The translations under genes were made by a program, and so were the position numbers. A stretch of DNA of 64,000 nt from the sequence record PZ445536.1; one strand, given 5' to 3'. The notes under the pieces were generated by a model. The model was not told the origin of the DNA. It searched no databases and saw only the letters and a list, made by a program, of their open reading frames with translations. The DNA comes from a phage. This document shows positions 1-12,249 of this stretch, piece after piece. Within the stretch, counting starts at the first letter, position 1, and each line of letters starts with the position of its first letter.

Positions 1-12
1 TTTTCCTCAGTA

Positions 13-28
13 AGGGGCCGAAGCCCCT
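13..28. other. GC-rich stem-loop (AGGGGCCGAAGCCCCT) followed on + strand by T-rich tract; intercistronic hairpin or terminator
   Basis: Perfect 6-bp stem with CGAA loop read from sequence; T-run 31-40 on + strand; on - strand followed by GAGGAAAA SD-like motif. Confidence 0.4.
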
Positions 29-37
29 CATTTTATT

Positions 38-403
38 TTAAATATCAAATTCGTTAAGAACTACATCAAAGATTGCTTCAAGATGCTCAGGTTTAGCTCT
101 GTTACTCAGAATATGACGAATCCAAGTTTTAACTAAAAGCTTGCGATTAGCACCATTCCAGCAAGGATGAGTCCCTAAATCGCGTTGACGGAAATCATCA
201 TCTAATGCGATTTTGAAGTTGGAACCTTCCATCGTGATGGAAACTGTAATACCATTTTCAAATCGCATATAAACGTAGTTAGGAGTCATATACTGTTCAA
301 TTTCGCATACTGATCCATTTTGATGTTTCCAAAGGCAGATGGTATCAATAGAACCTGCAATACCATTAGAAACATATTTACGTTCAAAGTTGATGTAGTT
401 CAT
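38..403 (-). CDS. hypothetical protein (121 aa)
   Basis: Intact ORF in minus-strand early gene block downstream of rIII; no recognisable motif. Confidence 0.55.
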   Translation of the reverse strand: MNYINFERKYVSNGIAGSIDTICLWKHQNGSVCEIEQYMTPNYVYMRFENGITVSITMEGSNFKIALDDDFRQRDLGTHPCWNGANRKLLVKTWIRHILSNRAKPEHLEAIFDVVLNEFDI

Positions 404-471
404 TTTTATTCTCCGAGATGTTTAATTGTGGTACAGGTATATAATATCATGTCCTGTACCAAAGTAAACAA

Positions 472-804
472 TTATTTTACTACTTTCCAATGCTTCATGT
501 CAAGTTTACCAACTTTTTTCATCTTCTCAATTAAGCGTTCGGCACGTTGGCGAGCTGTAACATAATGCCATTCGCCTAATTCATTTTGTTCAATTTTTCC
601 AACGATTACTGTATTCAATTCATAAATCCAACCAGTAAAGAAATTATGAACTTGAATTGTAAAGGTGAAATCTGTTCCCATACCTTCTGTTGTTTCTACT
701 TCAATAATATCACCTTCAACTGCCATTAAGAACCACATAGTTTCATCATATTTACCATTGAAGCATTTAGTTTTAACTGCAGCGTTCAGATTAATCGTTT
801 TCAT
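472..804 (-). CDS. hypothetical protein (110 aa)
   Basis: ORF with AAGGAG SD 7 nt upstream of ATG and early promoter at 832-861. Confidence 0.6.
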   Translation of the reverse strand: MKTINLNAAVKTKCFNGKYDETMWFLMAVEGDIIEVETTEGMGTDFTFTIQVHNFFTGWIYELNTVIVGKIEQNELGEWHYVTARQRAERLIEKMKKVGKLDMKHWKVVK

Positions 805-831
805 TTTATTCTCCTTTGTTTGTGTAAGATA

Positions 832-861
832 ATACTATCACAAAGGAACTATACTGTAAAC
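832..861 (-). promoter_or_regulatory. T4-type early promoter (-35 GTTTAC, 18-bp spacer, -10 TAGTAT)
   Basis: rc of gtaaac at 856-861 and rc of atacta at 832-837; A/T-rich upstream tract. Confidence 0.5.
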
Positions 862-880
862 AACTTTATGCAATCTTTGG

Positions 881-909
881 AAAATAAAAAAGGACTCCCG
901 AAGGAGTCC
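881..909 (-). terminator. Rho-independent terminator (GGACTCC-UUCG-GGAGUCC + U-run)
   Basis: 7-bp perfect stem, UUCG tetraloop on - strand, followed by TTTTTTATTTT; identical 24-nt element recurs at 53326-53349. Confidence 0.7.
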
Positions 910-914
910 TCAAC

Positions 915-1091
915 TTATGCTTTCTGCTTACCAAAACGAGAAGCATCATCTCGAAGAACCGCACGTGCTCGACGCATGATCTTCTCAACAGTTTGATTGA
1001 TACGAGAGTTCGACACACGCTTGTAGCCAGCGCGTTTAGAATCACCAACTTTCTTTTCAACTGCTTTCTTTGCTTTAACTTGTTTTGCCAT
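915..1091 (-). CDS. small basic lysine-rich protein (about 58 aa from MAKQVKAKK)
   Basis: ORF 915..1133; likely start at internal ATG 1091 preceded by purine-rich spacer; terminator immediately downstream. Confidence 0.5.
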   Translation of the reverse strand: MAKQVKAKKAVEKKVGDSKRAGYKRVSNSRINQTVEKIMRRARAVLRDDASRFGKQKA

Positions 1092-1287
1092 TATAAATTC
1101 TCTTTTAAATGAAAATGCAGGACTTATTGACATTGCCTGCGCAAGCCCTCAAGGGGAACATAGGTTTTTGGATATTTAACGACCAGGATAACCATAAACC
1201 TCGTCAACATTCAAGAGGTACACCGTAAAACAAAGTTCGACGGCTCCTCGTTTTAACTTCACACTAAGGCAGTGACTCTCCAATAAA

Positions 1288-1536
1288 TTATTTCAGTGTT
1301 ACCACAAAGTGACGAACTGCTTTTCGTGCAGCAGAAGCCAGAGGCTTAGCATACTTAAGTTCATCTTTTTCCTGAAGCTCAGCAGCTAATGCAGTTTGAG
1401 CAGGATTCAGATGTTTGAAATAACGCAGGATTTCAAGAGCTTCGGCTTCAACATCAATAGATGCGCCATAGTTTTCGTGACCATTATTCCATGCGTTTCG
1501 TTGCAGTTCAAGAGCGTGTTGTAATTGTTTAATCAT
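1288..1536 (-). CDS. rIII: rIII lysis-inhibition accessory protein (82 aa)
   Basis: 82-aa ORF matching recalled T4 RIII in sequence, length and position next to gene 31. Confidence 0.85.
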   Translation of the reverse strand: MIKQLQHALELQRNAWNNGHENYGASIDVEAEALEILRYFKHLNPAQTALAAELQEKDELKYAKPLASAARKAVRHFVVTLK

Positions 1537-1683
1537 TTAAAAATTCTCGTTAGAGATTAAAACTCGGTAGTCACGTTCTTCTGAATTTCATCTTCTTTCG
1601 ACAGATCTCTCAGTTGTAGACTACCACATAGAATTGTTCGGTTAACTTATTATTCCGACACCCAATTCATATTATTATTTATA

Positions 1684-2019
1684 TCACTTATAAAGACACG
1701 GAATAGCTTTATAGTGACAGGTAACGAATTTTTGTTTAATTTCTTTTGGCTTCTTAAGACCCAGAGCTACAAAAGGATGCGGAACATTTCGAATTTGACC
1801 AACTGGAAGAGAAGTCAAATCACCAACTTCGCAGAAACCTTCAGGAACATCAGGACCAACAGAGTGAACTACACACAGTTCAGGAACTTCACCTTGAACA
1901 CGTTTACCGATAATAAGTCCTGATTCTGTAACTTCTTCATCACCGGCTTGTGCAGGTTCAGAAACTAAAATAACATATTCACCGACAGCACGAATTGGTA
2001 GCTGTTGTACTTCAGACAT
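1684..2019 (-). CDS. 31: gp31 co-chaperonin (GroES-like, capsid folding)
   Basis: 111-aa ORF starting [19 protein letters not shown], matches T4 gp31 length and sequence from memory. Confidence 0.9.
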   Translation of the reverse strand: MSEVQQLPIRAVGEYVILVSEPAQAGDEEVTESGLIIGKRVQGEVPELCVVHSVGPDVPEGFCEVGDLTSLPVGQIRNVPHPFVALGLKKPKEIKQKFVTCHYKAIPCLYK

Positions 2020-2075
2020 CGTTTTTCCTTTTTGTTAACAGATGAGTTAATAATAACAAATAATTCTTAAAGCAT

Positions 2076-2384
2076 TTATTTACCAATAAATTGAAGCAAA
2101 TGCTCAACTTTCATACCATTAACGGAAATCAATTTGTCAATAGAAAAGCCTCGCCATGCACCAAGCTCAACATCAAATACTGGAATCATATCAATAGATT
2201 CTTTCCGAGTAGATTCAGTCAATTTACCGGTTTGCATAGTTGGCATAAAGTCAGCATCACGAGTGCCTTTCATAGTACGAATAGTACCATCAGACTTTTC
2301 AAAAACCACGTTTGAAATACCCATGGACAATTTAGTTTTCAAAATTTCACGAATTGCTTGCTTCTGCTTAGTTGTCAGTTTCAT
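2076..2384 (-). CDS. hypothetical protein (31.1-like, 102 aa)
   Basis: ORF between 31 and cd, synteny with T4 31.1/31.2. Confidence 0.65.
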   Translation of the reverse strand: MKLTTKQKQAIREILKTKLSMGISNVVFEKSDGTIRTMKGTRDADFMPTMQTGKLTESTRKESIDMIPVFDVELGAWRGFSIDKLISVNGMKVEHLLQFIGK

Positions 2385-2621
2385 TTATTTACCTATTACA
2401 GTTTTAATATGGGTTGTTCCACGTTCTTTAAGAGTGGAAAGCAATTTTTGGCATTTTTCTAAATCAGATTTCCAACTATATGGTCTATCAATACAAACCC
2501 ATTCTGACTTATAATACTGCTTCCATTTAGAGAAAAAATATTTCTTATACTCTACAGCAAATGAAATGTTCTCATTAGAATAAGAACTAATTGCTGTGAG
2601 TTGTACCAAACGAAATTTCAT
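2385..2621 (-). CDS. hypothetical protein (31.2-like, 78 aa)
   Basis: ORF abutting cd start; synteny. Confidence 0.6.
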   Translation of the reverse strand: MKFRLVQLTAISSYSNENISFAVEYKKYFFSKWKQYYKSEWVCIDRPYSWKSDLEKCQKLLSTLKERGTTHIKTVIGK

Positions 2622-3202
2622 TATTCACCACAGAATTCGTTGATATTTTCCCAATTTAACTTATTCAAGTTTTTCTTAGGAACATTAAACACTTCAATAC
2701 CTGCATTTCGCAGAATATCATCCCAGCCAGGTTTATTCTTATCGTATGTTTCGCAATAAACCAGCTTTTTAATTCCAGATTGAGCTATCGCTTTTGCACA
2801 ATCTGGGCAAGGAGAAAGTGTTACATACATAGTAGCACCTTCAATTGAAGAACCGTTTCGCGCAGCAAACAAAATTGCATTTAGCTCAGCATGAATTTCA
2901 TTTTTAGACGACCATTCAGAGTGAGCGCCGCGATGTTCTTTCGCCAAAACAAAACGATCAGTTGAACCAAACGATACACATTCGGGCTTATGACCTTGAA
3001 TGATAGTATGTTTAGGTTTATTCAGCAACCAACCTTGCTCAGCAGCATAATCACAACAGTTCACACCGCCTGCGGGCGAACCATTATACCCAGTAGAAAT
3101 AATACGTCCATTCTTTTCAATTACTGCTCCTACCTTCCAGGAGCAACATTTGGATTCTTGTGATACTAAATATGCAATTTGAAGTACTGTACTCGCTTTC
3201 AT
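2621..3202 (-). CDS. cd: dCMP deaminase
   Basis: 193 aa; cytidine/deoxycytidylate deaminase zinc motifs HAE...PCxxC (HAELNAI, SPCPDCAKAI); T4 Cd length. Confidence 0.9.
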   Translation of the reverse strand: MKASTVLQIAYLVSQESKCCSWKVGAVIEKNGRIISTGYNGSPAGGVNCCDYAAEQGWLLNKPKHTIIQGHKPECVSFGSTDRFVLAKEHRGAHSEWSSKNEIHAELNAILFAARNGSSIEGATMYVTLSPCPDCAKAIAQSGIKKLVYCETYDKNKPGWDDILRNAGIEVFNVPKKNLNKLNWENINEFCGE

Positions 3203-3537
3203 TTCATAATCACCAGATAAGCAGATTTAGCAGTTTCAACACGATAAATTTCATGACGAAGTTTAGTTATACTTTTAATAACAGAACTAATTATATTCTG
3301 CCCATCTTTAAAGCGGTTTTTCTTATCAATGAAAATTGCACCAGCCATCTTTTTGTGAAGCTCAACTGGATACTTCGTCACAATAATAGCATCATACACA
3401 GAAGGATGAATACTATTCACTAGAGTATCGTTCATTAAAGTTATTCTAATGAACTGTGCTGTTTCAGAATCAAGCGCTCTATGATCGCCAGTATCATTTT
3501 CAAGACAATTATCAATTATATCAGTTAAATTCATCAT
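3199..3537 (-). CDS. hypothetical protein (cd.1-like, 112 aa)
   Basis: ORF overlapping cd start by 4 nt (translational coupling). Confidence 0.6.
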   Translation of the reverse strand: MMNLTDIIDNCLENDTGDHRALDSETAQFIRITLMNDTLVNSIHPSVYDAIIVTKYPVELHKKMAGAIFIDKKNRFKDGQNIISSVIKSITKLRHEIYRVETAKSAYLVIMK

Positions 3538-3770
3538 AGTACGCCATACACCCTTTGTGCTTCAACTAATCCATCAAAATCCAATTTGAGATGTGTTATT
3601 TGGTCACCATCGCCTGGATTCACAATTACTAATACTGAACGAGGAGTTTCGGTAATAACACGAACCGATGTTTCAGGAAATCGTTCAGAAACCTTATTTA
3701 CCAATTCCTGAGCAAATAGTTTAACTTTTTCTTGGAATTCTTTAACAGTAATTGGTTTTTCACTTAGCAT
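3534..3770 (-). CDS. hypothetical protein (78 aa)
   Basis: ORF with GAGGAAA SD; early promoter at 3801-3830. Confidence 0.6.
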   Translation of the reverse strand: MLSEKPITVKEFQEKVKLFAQELVNKVSERFPETSVRVITETPRSVLVIVNPGDGDQITHLKLDFDGLVEAQRVYGVL

Positions 3771-3800
3771 TTCAATTTCCTCATTTATTTTGGTAGAGCT

Positions 3801-3830
3801 ATAATATCACAACTCTACCGTAAAGTAAAC
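3801..3830 (-). promoter_or_regulatory. T4-type early promoter (-35 GTTTAC, 18 bp, -10 TATTAT)
   Basis: rc gtaaac 3825-3830; rc ataata 3801-3806. Confidence 0.5.
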
Positions 3831-3832
3831 TA

Positions 3833-4108
3833 TTAAATTGCTTTGAATTCTGATGTCTGCGATTCAAAACGAATATCGCCTTTAATGACTAGCTCAGCAT
3901 CAAGACCGAATACGACAATGATATGCGCGGAACCTGGATACAGCGTAATGGCGATAGAATCAACCTGGTCTGGAAGCAAAGTGTTCAATACATGAGTCAC
4001 TTGAGCATGAATTCGAAGCTCAGCTGCGTTATCAAGCTTTTCAAACATATTATTAGCGATAATTTGGCTAAACACTACTTCTACGATTTTAGAATAAGTC
4101 GGAAACAT
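3833..4108 (-). CDS. hypothetical protein (91 aa)
   Basis: ORF in cd-pseT interval. Confidence 0.6.
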   Translation of the reverse strand: MFPTYSKIVEVVFSQIIANNMFEKLDNAAELRIHAQVTHVLNTLLPDQVDSIAITLYPGSAHIIVVFGLDAELVIKGDIRFESQTSEFKAI

Positions 4109-4110
4109 AT

Positions 4111-4311
4111 TTACCTCACATAATTTTCTTCAAGCCAATCAATAACATCCAACGCATTATCAAAAGTTGAACCATCTACTTTGTCTTCTGTTTCATAATC
4201 AAGAACATCTAAGCCTACTCTTCCATCAACAATAGGCCATAAACAAAATAGATATTTCTTTTCTTTTTCAATCTTATCGCAAAGACGATAAATCTTTTCT
4301 AAGTTATTCAT
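4111..4311 (-). CDS. hypothetical protein (66 aa)
   Basis: ORF in cd-pseT interval. Confidence 0.55.
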   Translation of the reverse strand: MNNLEKIYRLCDKIEKEKKYLFCLWPIVDGRVGLDVLDYETEDKVDGSTFDNALDVIDWLEENYVR

Positions 4312-4500
4312 AAGTTTTCCATGGTAAAGGCAGTTTAGTTTTCTTTACTGTTAGTTCAACATCGGGATTCTTTTCTCTTAATTTAAGACATTCCTCCCAA
4401 GCTCTGATTTCACTAGTGAAAACACAAAATTGACCATTACTAGTACCGACTAAACCACTATTTACAATAATAATAGCCCAAGTTTCATGATGCCACGCCA

Positions 4501-4501
<1 letters not shown>
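4304..4501 (-). CDS. hypothetical protein (65 aa)
   Basis: ORF abutting pseT stop. Confidence 0.55.
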
Positions 4502-5704
<1,203 letters not shown>

Positions 5705-5708
<4 letters not shown>

Positions 5709-5935
5709 TTATTTTTCTCAACCAATGATTGAATATAATCATGCAGGTCTTTAGATGCTTTACCCCACTTATTTTGGTATTCATTTTTAAGATTAGCACG
5801 TGATTGAGCTAATAAAACATCATTAGTTGGAGGTAAAGATTCTAATCGTTGAATCTGACGTCCATAAATCATTGCTGCCATCTCTGATTCATAAATCAAT
5901 CCTTTGAGATGTTCAAATTGATGCCATGAAATCAT
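5705..5935 (-). CDS. hypothetical protein (76 aa)
   Basis: ORF in pseT-alc interval. Confidence 0.55.
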
Positions 5936-6231
5936 TTACATTTATCCTCTTTTAACTCTTGACGATAATAACATATCATAGTTTTCTGGTCATGTACATA
6001 TCGTTTTACATCATTAAGCCAAATACGAAATTCCTGAGAATCTTCAAATGGCATACCGACCCAAGCTTTACCATCGATAACTTTAACTTGCCAAGATAGT
6101 TTAGCTTCGTCATATGACTTTATTTGCACAGGCCAATTAGGATGAACTGTTTCTTTCTTTACTTCTAGAGGCTTTGTCGAACAACCAACTAGAAGACCAA
6201 TAGATAATATTACTGCTGATAGTTTAATCAT
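5932..6231 (-). CDS. putative lipoprotein (99 aa)
   Basis: N-terminal signal peptide with lipobox LLVGC. Confidence 0.6.
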   Translation of the reverse strand: MIKLSAVILSIGLLVGCSTKPLEVKKETVHPNWPVQIKSYDEAKLSWQVKVIDGKAWVGMPFEDSQEFRIWLNDVKRYVHDQKTMICYYRQELKEDKCK

Positions 6232-6581
6232 TTAGAAAGGTCCTGGATGTCTTCTGCGAACTTGTTGAAGGAGTTGTTGATTTGTTTTTCAACCAATCCT
6301 GGCTTATGAGCCACCACATCCGCCTTCTTTGCGTCTTTGCGCAGCTTTTCATTTTCACGCTCAATTGCAGCAATTGATTCACGATTTTTATTATTCATTG
6401 CATCAATATAATTATATTGATTTTTTAAATCATTTAATGCTAAGGCGTTTTCATTGGCCGTTTTTGTAATTTCTACAACAGACGTTTCTAATCTTTCAAT
6501 TTTATTTTTTAAAATTAAAGAAGTTCCGCCCAATGCAATTACAATTAATAACAAGCCTGCTGTCGTATTACTTAATTGCAT
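6228..6581 (-). CDS. membrane-anchored coiled-coil protein (117 aa)
   Basis: N-terminal hydrophobic helix (LLLIVIALGG) followed by charged helical region. Confidence 0.6.
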   Translation of the reverse strand: MQLSNTTAGLLLIVIALGGTSLILKNKIERLETSVVEITKTANENALALNDLKNQYNYIDAMNNKNRESIAAIERENEKLRKDAKKADVVAHKPGLVEKQINNSFNKFAEDIQDLSK

Positions 6582-7075
6582 AAAGTTTTAATAACCTCTA
6601 TAATATCGTCTTGAGAAAGACCGTTAATTAAAATATGATGTTCCGCCGGAGATTTAGAAATTTTAAAGCATGCCGCAACATCTTCTGCCATATCTGATGC
6701 GCTACGATTTGGATTACTAATTCCAAGACGATGTTTTCCCGTTAAAGGATTAACGATAATATAGCATTTACAGCTATTGATATGAACATTAGGTTGAGTC
6801 TGATTAATGAACACTTCACAATCATACTTAGCGAGTTGATTTTCTAAAAAGACTTTCATCTCCTCAACCGCATCAGGAAGCATATCACGGGCTTGCTCAA
6901 GACGACGATTTCGATATTCTTTAATGGTCGTTTTCCGCTTGACTTGCTTAGCTAAATCTTTCTTAAGATCGGTGATATATCCAACTCGACGATTTCCTTT
7001 GAATACAGAAATCCCATCTGTAGTATCACCGTATGCTTCAACGACCATTTCAGTAGTAATAAGCTGTAAATCCAT
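6572..7075 (-). CDS. alc: Alc, inhibitor of host transcription on cytosine-containing DNA
   Basis: About 167-aa ORF at T4 alc position between pseT.x and rnlA; sequence recalled as Alc. Confidence 0.8.
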   Translation of the reverse strand: MDLQLITTEMVVEAYGDTTDGISVFKGNRRVGYITDLKKDLAKQVKRKTTIKEYRNRRLEQARDMLPDAVEEMKVFLENQLAKYDCEVFINQTQPNVHINSCKCYIIVNPLTGKHRLGISNPNRSASDMAEDVAACFKISKSPAEHHILINGLSQDDIIEVIKTLCN

Positions 7076-7106
7076 CATAAAGTCCTCATGTTATGTCAGT
7101 AAGACT

Positions 7107-7136
7107 ACTGTAACACAACATGAGGGACTTGTAAAC
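7107..7136 (-). promoter_or_regulatory. putative early promoter (-35 GTTTAC, 18 bp, weak -10 TACAGT) embedded in 17-bp imperfect inverted repeat
   Basis: rc gtaaac 7131-7136; inverted repeat 7081-7097 / 7114-7130. Confidence 0.35.
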
Positions 7137-7139
7137 AGC

Positions 7140-8727
<1,588 letters not shown>

Positions 8728-8734
8728 AATAAAA

Positions 8735-8750
8735 TGGGCCTTGCGGCCCA
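8735..8750 (-). promoter_or_regulatory. stem-loop (GGGCC-GCAA-GGCCC) between an AAGGAG Shine-Dalgarno and the denA start codon
   Basis: On - strand: TAAGGAG-hairpin-UUUUAUU-AUG; hairpin would bring SD near AUG (split-RBS architecture). Confidence 0.4.
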
Positions 8751-8754
8751 CTCC

Positions 8755-9933
8755 TTAAAAATATTTTTTAAAACTCATCATAACTTTATCATCAACATCA
8801 TTATCAATCTGTGCAACAAGGTAAGATGACAGTTCTACTTCTTGTGGCGCGGATTGAACATTATCAGAATTAAGATATTCACGAATCCAAGGATATGGAT
8901 GTTTAACCGGAGCATCGATAATTGGGCATGGAAGACCACACTGTTTCATACGAGATACAGTTAAGTAATCAATAAAGCTCCACATGCTATTTGTATTTAA
9001 TCCAGGAACATCGCCATCTTTAAATAAATGAACTGCCCAATCTTTTTCTTGGCGGTTAACTTCCATGAAAATATCAACTGCTTCTTGTTCACACTCTTGA
9101 GCAATTTTAACCCATTCATCGCCATCAGTACCAGATTGAAGTTGACGAATAATATATTGTGTACCTTTAAGATGAAGCTGCTCATCACGTGCAATGAACT
9201 TCATAATCTTTGCATTGCCTTCCATAATTTCCATGTTCTTATGGAAGTTAAAGGTACATGCGAAAGATACATAAAAACGAATAGCTTCCAATGCGTTGAT
9301 TACATGCAAACAGAGGTAAAGAGATTTCATTAGCTCACGCTTCCAATATGTCTCATGCTCAATAGCATCTTCAATAACATCTTCGTCTGCATTAATTTCT
9401 TTTTGGTATTCGATATCAGCTTTAGCGTTTTCCCAATAACGAGTTTTAGTCAGAACATCATCATAATAACGTCCAATGGATTCAGCACGTTTCATAATAG
9501 CTTCATCTAATACAATCTCATCAAATACCTTCGATGGATCAGTATAAAGATTTCGCATGATATGTGTATATGAACGAGAGTGAATAGTTTCACTAAAAGT
9601 CCACGTAGCAACCCATGTATCAAGGCTTGGGTCTGAAATTAATGACATAAGTACAGCAGACGGCGCACGACCCTGAATGCTATCCAAAAGTGATTGATAC
9701 TTCAGATTATTAGTAAAAATATTTTGCTGATACTGAGGAAGCTTATTAAACTGTGCAGCATCCATCATTAAGTTTACTTCTTCAGGACGCCAGAAAAATG
9801 ATAATTGCTTTTCGGTTAAATCTTCAAAAACTTTATGGCGTTGAATATCATAACGCGCAATACCAAGACCTGAACCAAAAAACATAGGTTCTTTTAAAAC
9901 ATCAACTGGATTTGTATTAAAAACTGTGCTCAT
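8755..9933 (-). CDS. nrdB: ribonucleotide reductase small subunit
   Basis: 392-aa uninterrupted ORF; class Ia R2 ferritin-like features; T4 NrdB synteny; no intron. Confidence 0.9.
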   Translation of the reverse strand: MSTVFNTNPVDVLKEPMFFGSGLGIARYDIQRHKVFEDLTEKQLSFFWRPEEVNLMMDAAQFNKLPQYQQNIFTNNLKYQSLLDSIQGRAPSAVLMSLISDPSLDTWVATWTFSETIHSRSYTHIMRNLYTDPSKVFDEIVLDEAIMKRAESIGRYYDDVLTKTRYWENAKADIEYQKEINADEDVIEDAIEHETYWKRELMKSLYLCLHVINALEAIRFYVSFACTFNFHKNMEIMEGNAKIMKFIARDEQLHLKGTQYIIRQLQSGTDGDEWVKIAQECEQEAVDIFMEVNRQEKDWAVHLFKDGDVPGLNTNSMWSFIDYLTVSRMKQCGLPCPIIDAPVKHPYPWIREYLNSDNVQSAPQEVELSSYLVAQIDNDVDDKVMMSFKKYF

Positions 9934-9984
9934 AAATTTTCCGCTTAGTTAATAGTTGGTGACTCGTCCGTGAGTCAAATTATA

Positions 9985-12249
9985 TCATAATTTACAGGAT
10001 GAACAATCTTCAGCTTTTGGAGTTTCTATTTCATAATCATCAGTACCAGAACCATCACGGGTATTATGATAATAGAAATTTTTTCCGCCAAAATACCAAA
10101 AATACAAAAGGTCATCAATCATTATTGACATTGGAACCTTTCCTTTTGGAAAAATCTGTGGGTCATAATATGTATTCGCTGAAGCTGATTGACATACCCA
10201 TTTCAGCATAATAGCTACCTGCGTAAGATAAGGTTTATTACCTTTCTTAGCTAATTTCCATGTATAATCATAGAGGTCTATGTTATGCTCAATATTGGGC
10301 ACGACTTGATTAAAGGAGCCCTCTTTTGATTCTTTAACAGAGACTGGTCCACGTGGAGGCTCGATACCGTTTGTACTGTTAGAAACTTGGGAAGATGACT
10401 CACATGGCATAAGTGCTGATAATGTGCTATTACGGATGCCAAAGAGCTTAAGGTCTTCCCGCAGCGACGACCAGTCACAAACGTATTTTGGAGCTGCGAT
10501 TTGGTCAATCTTTTTATTGTACCAGTCGATAGGTAATTCGCCTCGAGACCAACGAGTGTCTGAATAATATTCACAAGGTCCTTTTTCTTTGGCGAGCTTA
10601 ATGGATGCTTTAATGAGTCCATACTGTAATCTCTCAAATAGTTCATGTGTTAAATCGTTAGCATCTTCATAAGAAGCAAAGTTACTTGCCAGCCAAGCTG
10701 CATAGTTAGTAACACCTACACCAAGGTTTCGACGCTTTTTAGCTTTTTCTGCTTCAGGAACTGGATATCCTTGGTAATCCAAAAGATTATCAAGAGCACG
10801 AACTTGAACTTCTGCTAATTCATTAATTTTATCTTGGTCTTGCCAATCGAAGTTATCCAACACAAATGCAGATAACGTGCACAATCCAATTTCAGCATCA
10901 GGGCTATTCACATCATTTGTTGGAATAGCAATTTCACAGCACAAGTTACTCTGACGAATAGGTGCCTTTTCACGAATAAACGGAGTATAGTTATTCGTAT
11001 TATCAATGAACTGCACATAAATCCTTGCTGTTCCTGAGCGTTCAGTCATGAGCAATTCAAATAGTTCACGGGCTTTAATGCGCTTTTTACGAATATTAGG
11101 GTCTTTTTCTGCTGCTTCGTATAATTCACGGAAACGGTCTTGGTCTTTAAAATAAGAATAATAAAGCTCTCCACCCATTTCATGTGGACTGAACAAAGTA
11201 ATGTAATCGTTCTTTCCAAAACGTTCCATCATTAGATCATTCAGTTGAACACCATAATCCATATGACGAATGCGGTTTTCTTCTACACCTTTGTTATTTT
11301 TCAAAACGAGAAGATTTTCAACTTCCAAATGCCAAATAGGATAATAAGCAGTAGCAGCGCCGCCACGAATTCCACCCTGTGAGCATGATTTAACAGCAGT
11401 CTGAAAATGTTTCCAAAAAGGAATAACACCGGTATGGCGTACTTCACCCATGCCAATCTTAGAACCTTCAGCACGAATCATACCAACGTTAATACCAATT
11501 CCAGCGCGTTTAGAGATATATTCAACAATTGAAGCGGAAGCCTTATTGATAGACTTTAATGAATCACCTGCCTCAATAACAACACATGAACTAAACTGTC
11601 GAGTCGGAGTACGGCAACCAGCCATAATAGGAGTTGGCAATGAAATCTGTCGAGTAGATACTGCTTCATAAAAACGGATAACGTGTTTTAATCTATCAAC
11701 AGGTTCATCTTGATGCAATGCCATTCCAATAGTCATAAATGCAAACTGTGGAGTTTCATAAATTTGACCAGTGGTTTTATCTTTAACTAGATATTTTTCT
11801 TTTAATTGCATCGCCCCGGAATAAGTAAATTCCATATCCCGCTCGTGCTTAATTTTTGATTCTAAAAATGTAATTTCTTCTGCTGAATATTTTGACAATA
11901 ATTCAGGGTCGTATTTACCTTCATTTACACAGTAAGAAATATGGTCAATAAATGAACGTGGTTCATACTGCCCATAAACATGCTTACGAAGAGCGAACAT
12001 TAGACAACGTGCAGCTACATATTGATAATCAGGCTCTTCAACCGAAATAGAATTCGCAGCGGCCTTAATGACAATAGTCTGAATATCATCAGTTGTCATT
12101 CCATCACGGAGATAAGATTTAATATTTTCATATAATTCATAAGGATCTACCGATGTTCCTTCAGCTGCCCAAGATAAAACTTTAATAATTTTTTGTGGGT
12201 CAAAGCTCTGAGAAACACCACTACTTTTGATAACATTAATTAATTGCAT
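9985..12249 (-). CDS. nrdA: ribonucleotide reductase large subunit
   Basis: 754 aa (T4 NrdA length); ATP-cone N-terminus, catalytic Cys/Glu/Asn residues (SNLCCEIA). Confidence 0.92.
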   Translation of the reverse strand: MQLINVIKSSGVSQSFDPQKIIKVLSWAAEGTSVDPYELYENIKSYLRDGMTTDDIQTIVIKAAANSISVEEPDYQYVAARCLMFALRKHVYGQYEPRSFIDHISYCVNEGKYDPELLSKYSAEEITFLESKIKHERDMEFTYSGAMQLKEKYLVKDKTTGQIYETPQFAFMTIGMALHQDEPVDRLKHVIRFYEAVSTRQISLPTPIMAGCRTPTRQFSSCVVIEAGDSLKSINKASASIVEYISKRAGIGINVGMIRAEGSKIGMGEVRHTGVIPFWKHFQTAVKSCSQGGIRGGAATAYYPIWHLEVENLLVLKNNKGVEENRIRHMDYGVQLNDLMMERFGKNDYITLFSPHEMGGELYYSYFKDQDRFRELYEAAEKDPNIRKKRIKARELFELLMTERSGTARIYVQFIDNTNNYTPFIREKAPIRQSNLCCEIAIPTNDVNSPDAEIGLCTLSAFVLDNFDWQDQDKINELAEVQVRALDNLLDYQGYPVPEAEKAKKRRNLGVGVTNYAAWLASNFASYEDANDLTHELFERLQYGLIKASIKLAKEKGPCEYYSDTRWSRGELPIDWYNKKIDQIAAPKYVCDWSSLREDLKLFGIRNSTLSALMPCESSSQVSNSTNGIEPPRGPVSVKESKEGSFNQVVPNIEHNIDLYDYTWKLAKKGNKPYLTQVAIMLKWVCQSASANTYYDPQIFPKGKVPMSIMIDDLLYFWYFGGKNFYYHNTRDGSGTDDYEIETPKAEDCSSCKL

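Noticed and set aside
320-565. Plus-strand ORF overlapping minus-strand genes (representative of many: 1714..1923, 2091..2514, 3160..3423, 4901..5299, 6924..7235, 9028..9333, 15907..16173, 16553..16957, 18722..19305, 33538..34044, 36443..36646, 40990..41493, 44733..45171, 48141..48510, 52059..52256, 55329..55634, 57102..57368, 58074..58304, 60093..60858, 60966..61178, 61517..61753, 62963..63166)
   Set aside because: Antisense shadow ORFs inside well-supported minus-strand genes of known T4-type proteins; no RBS or promoter support
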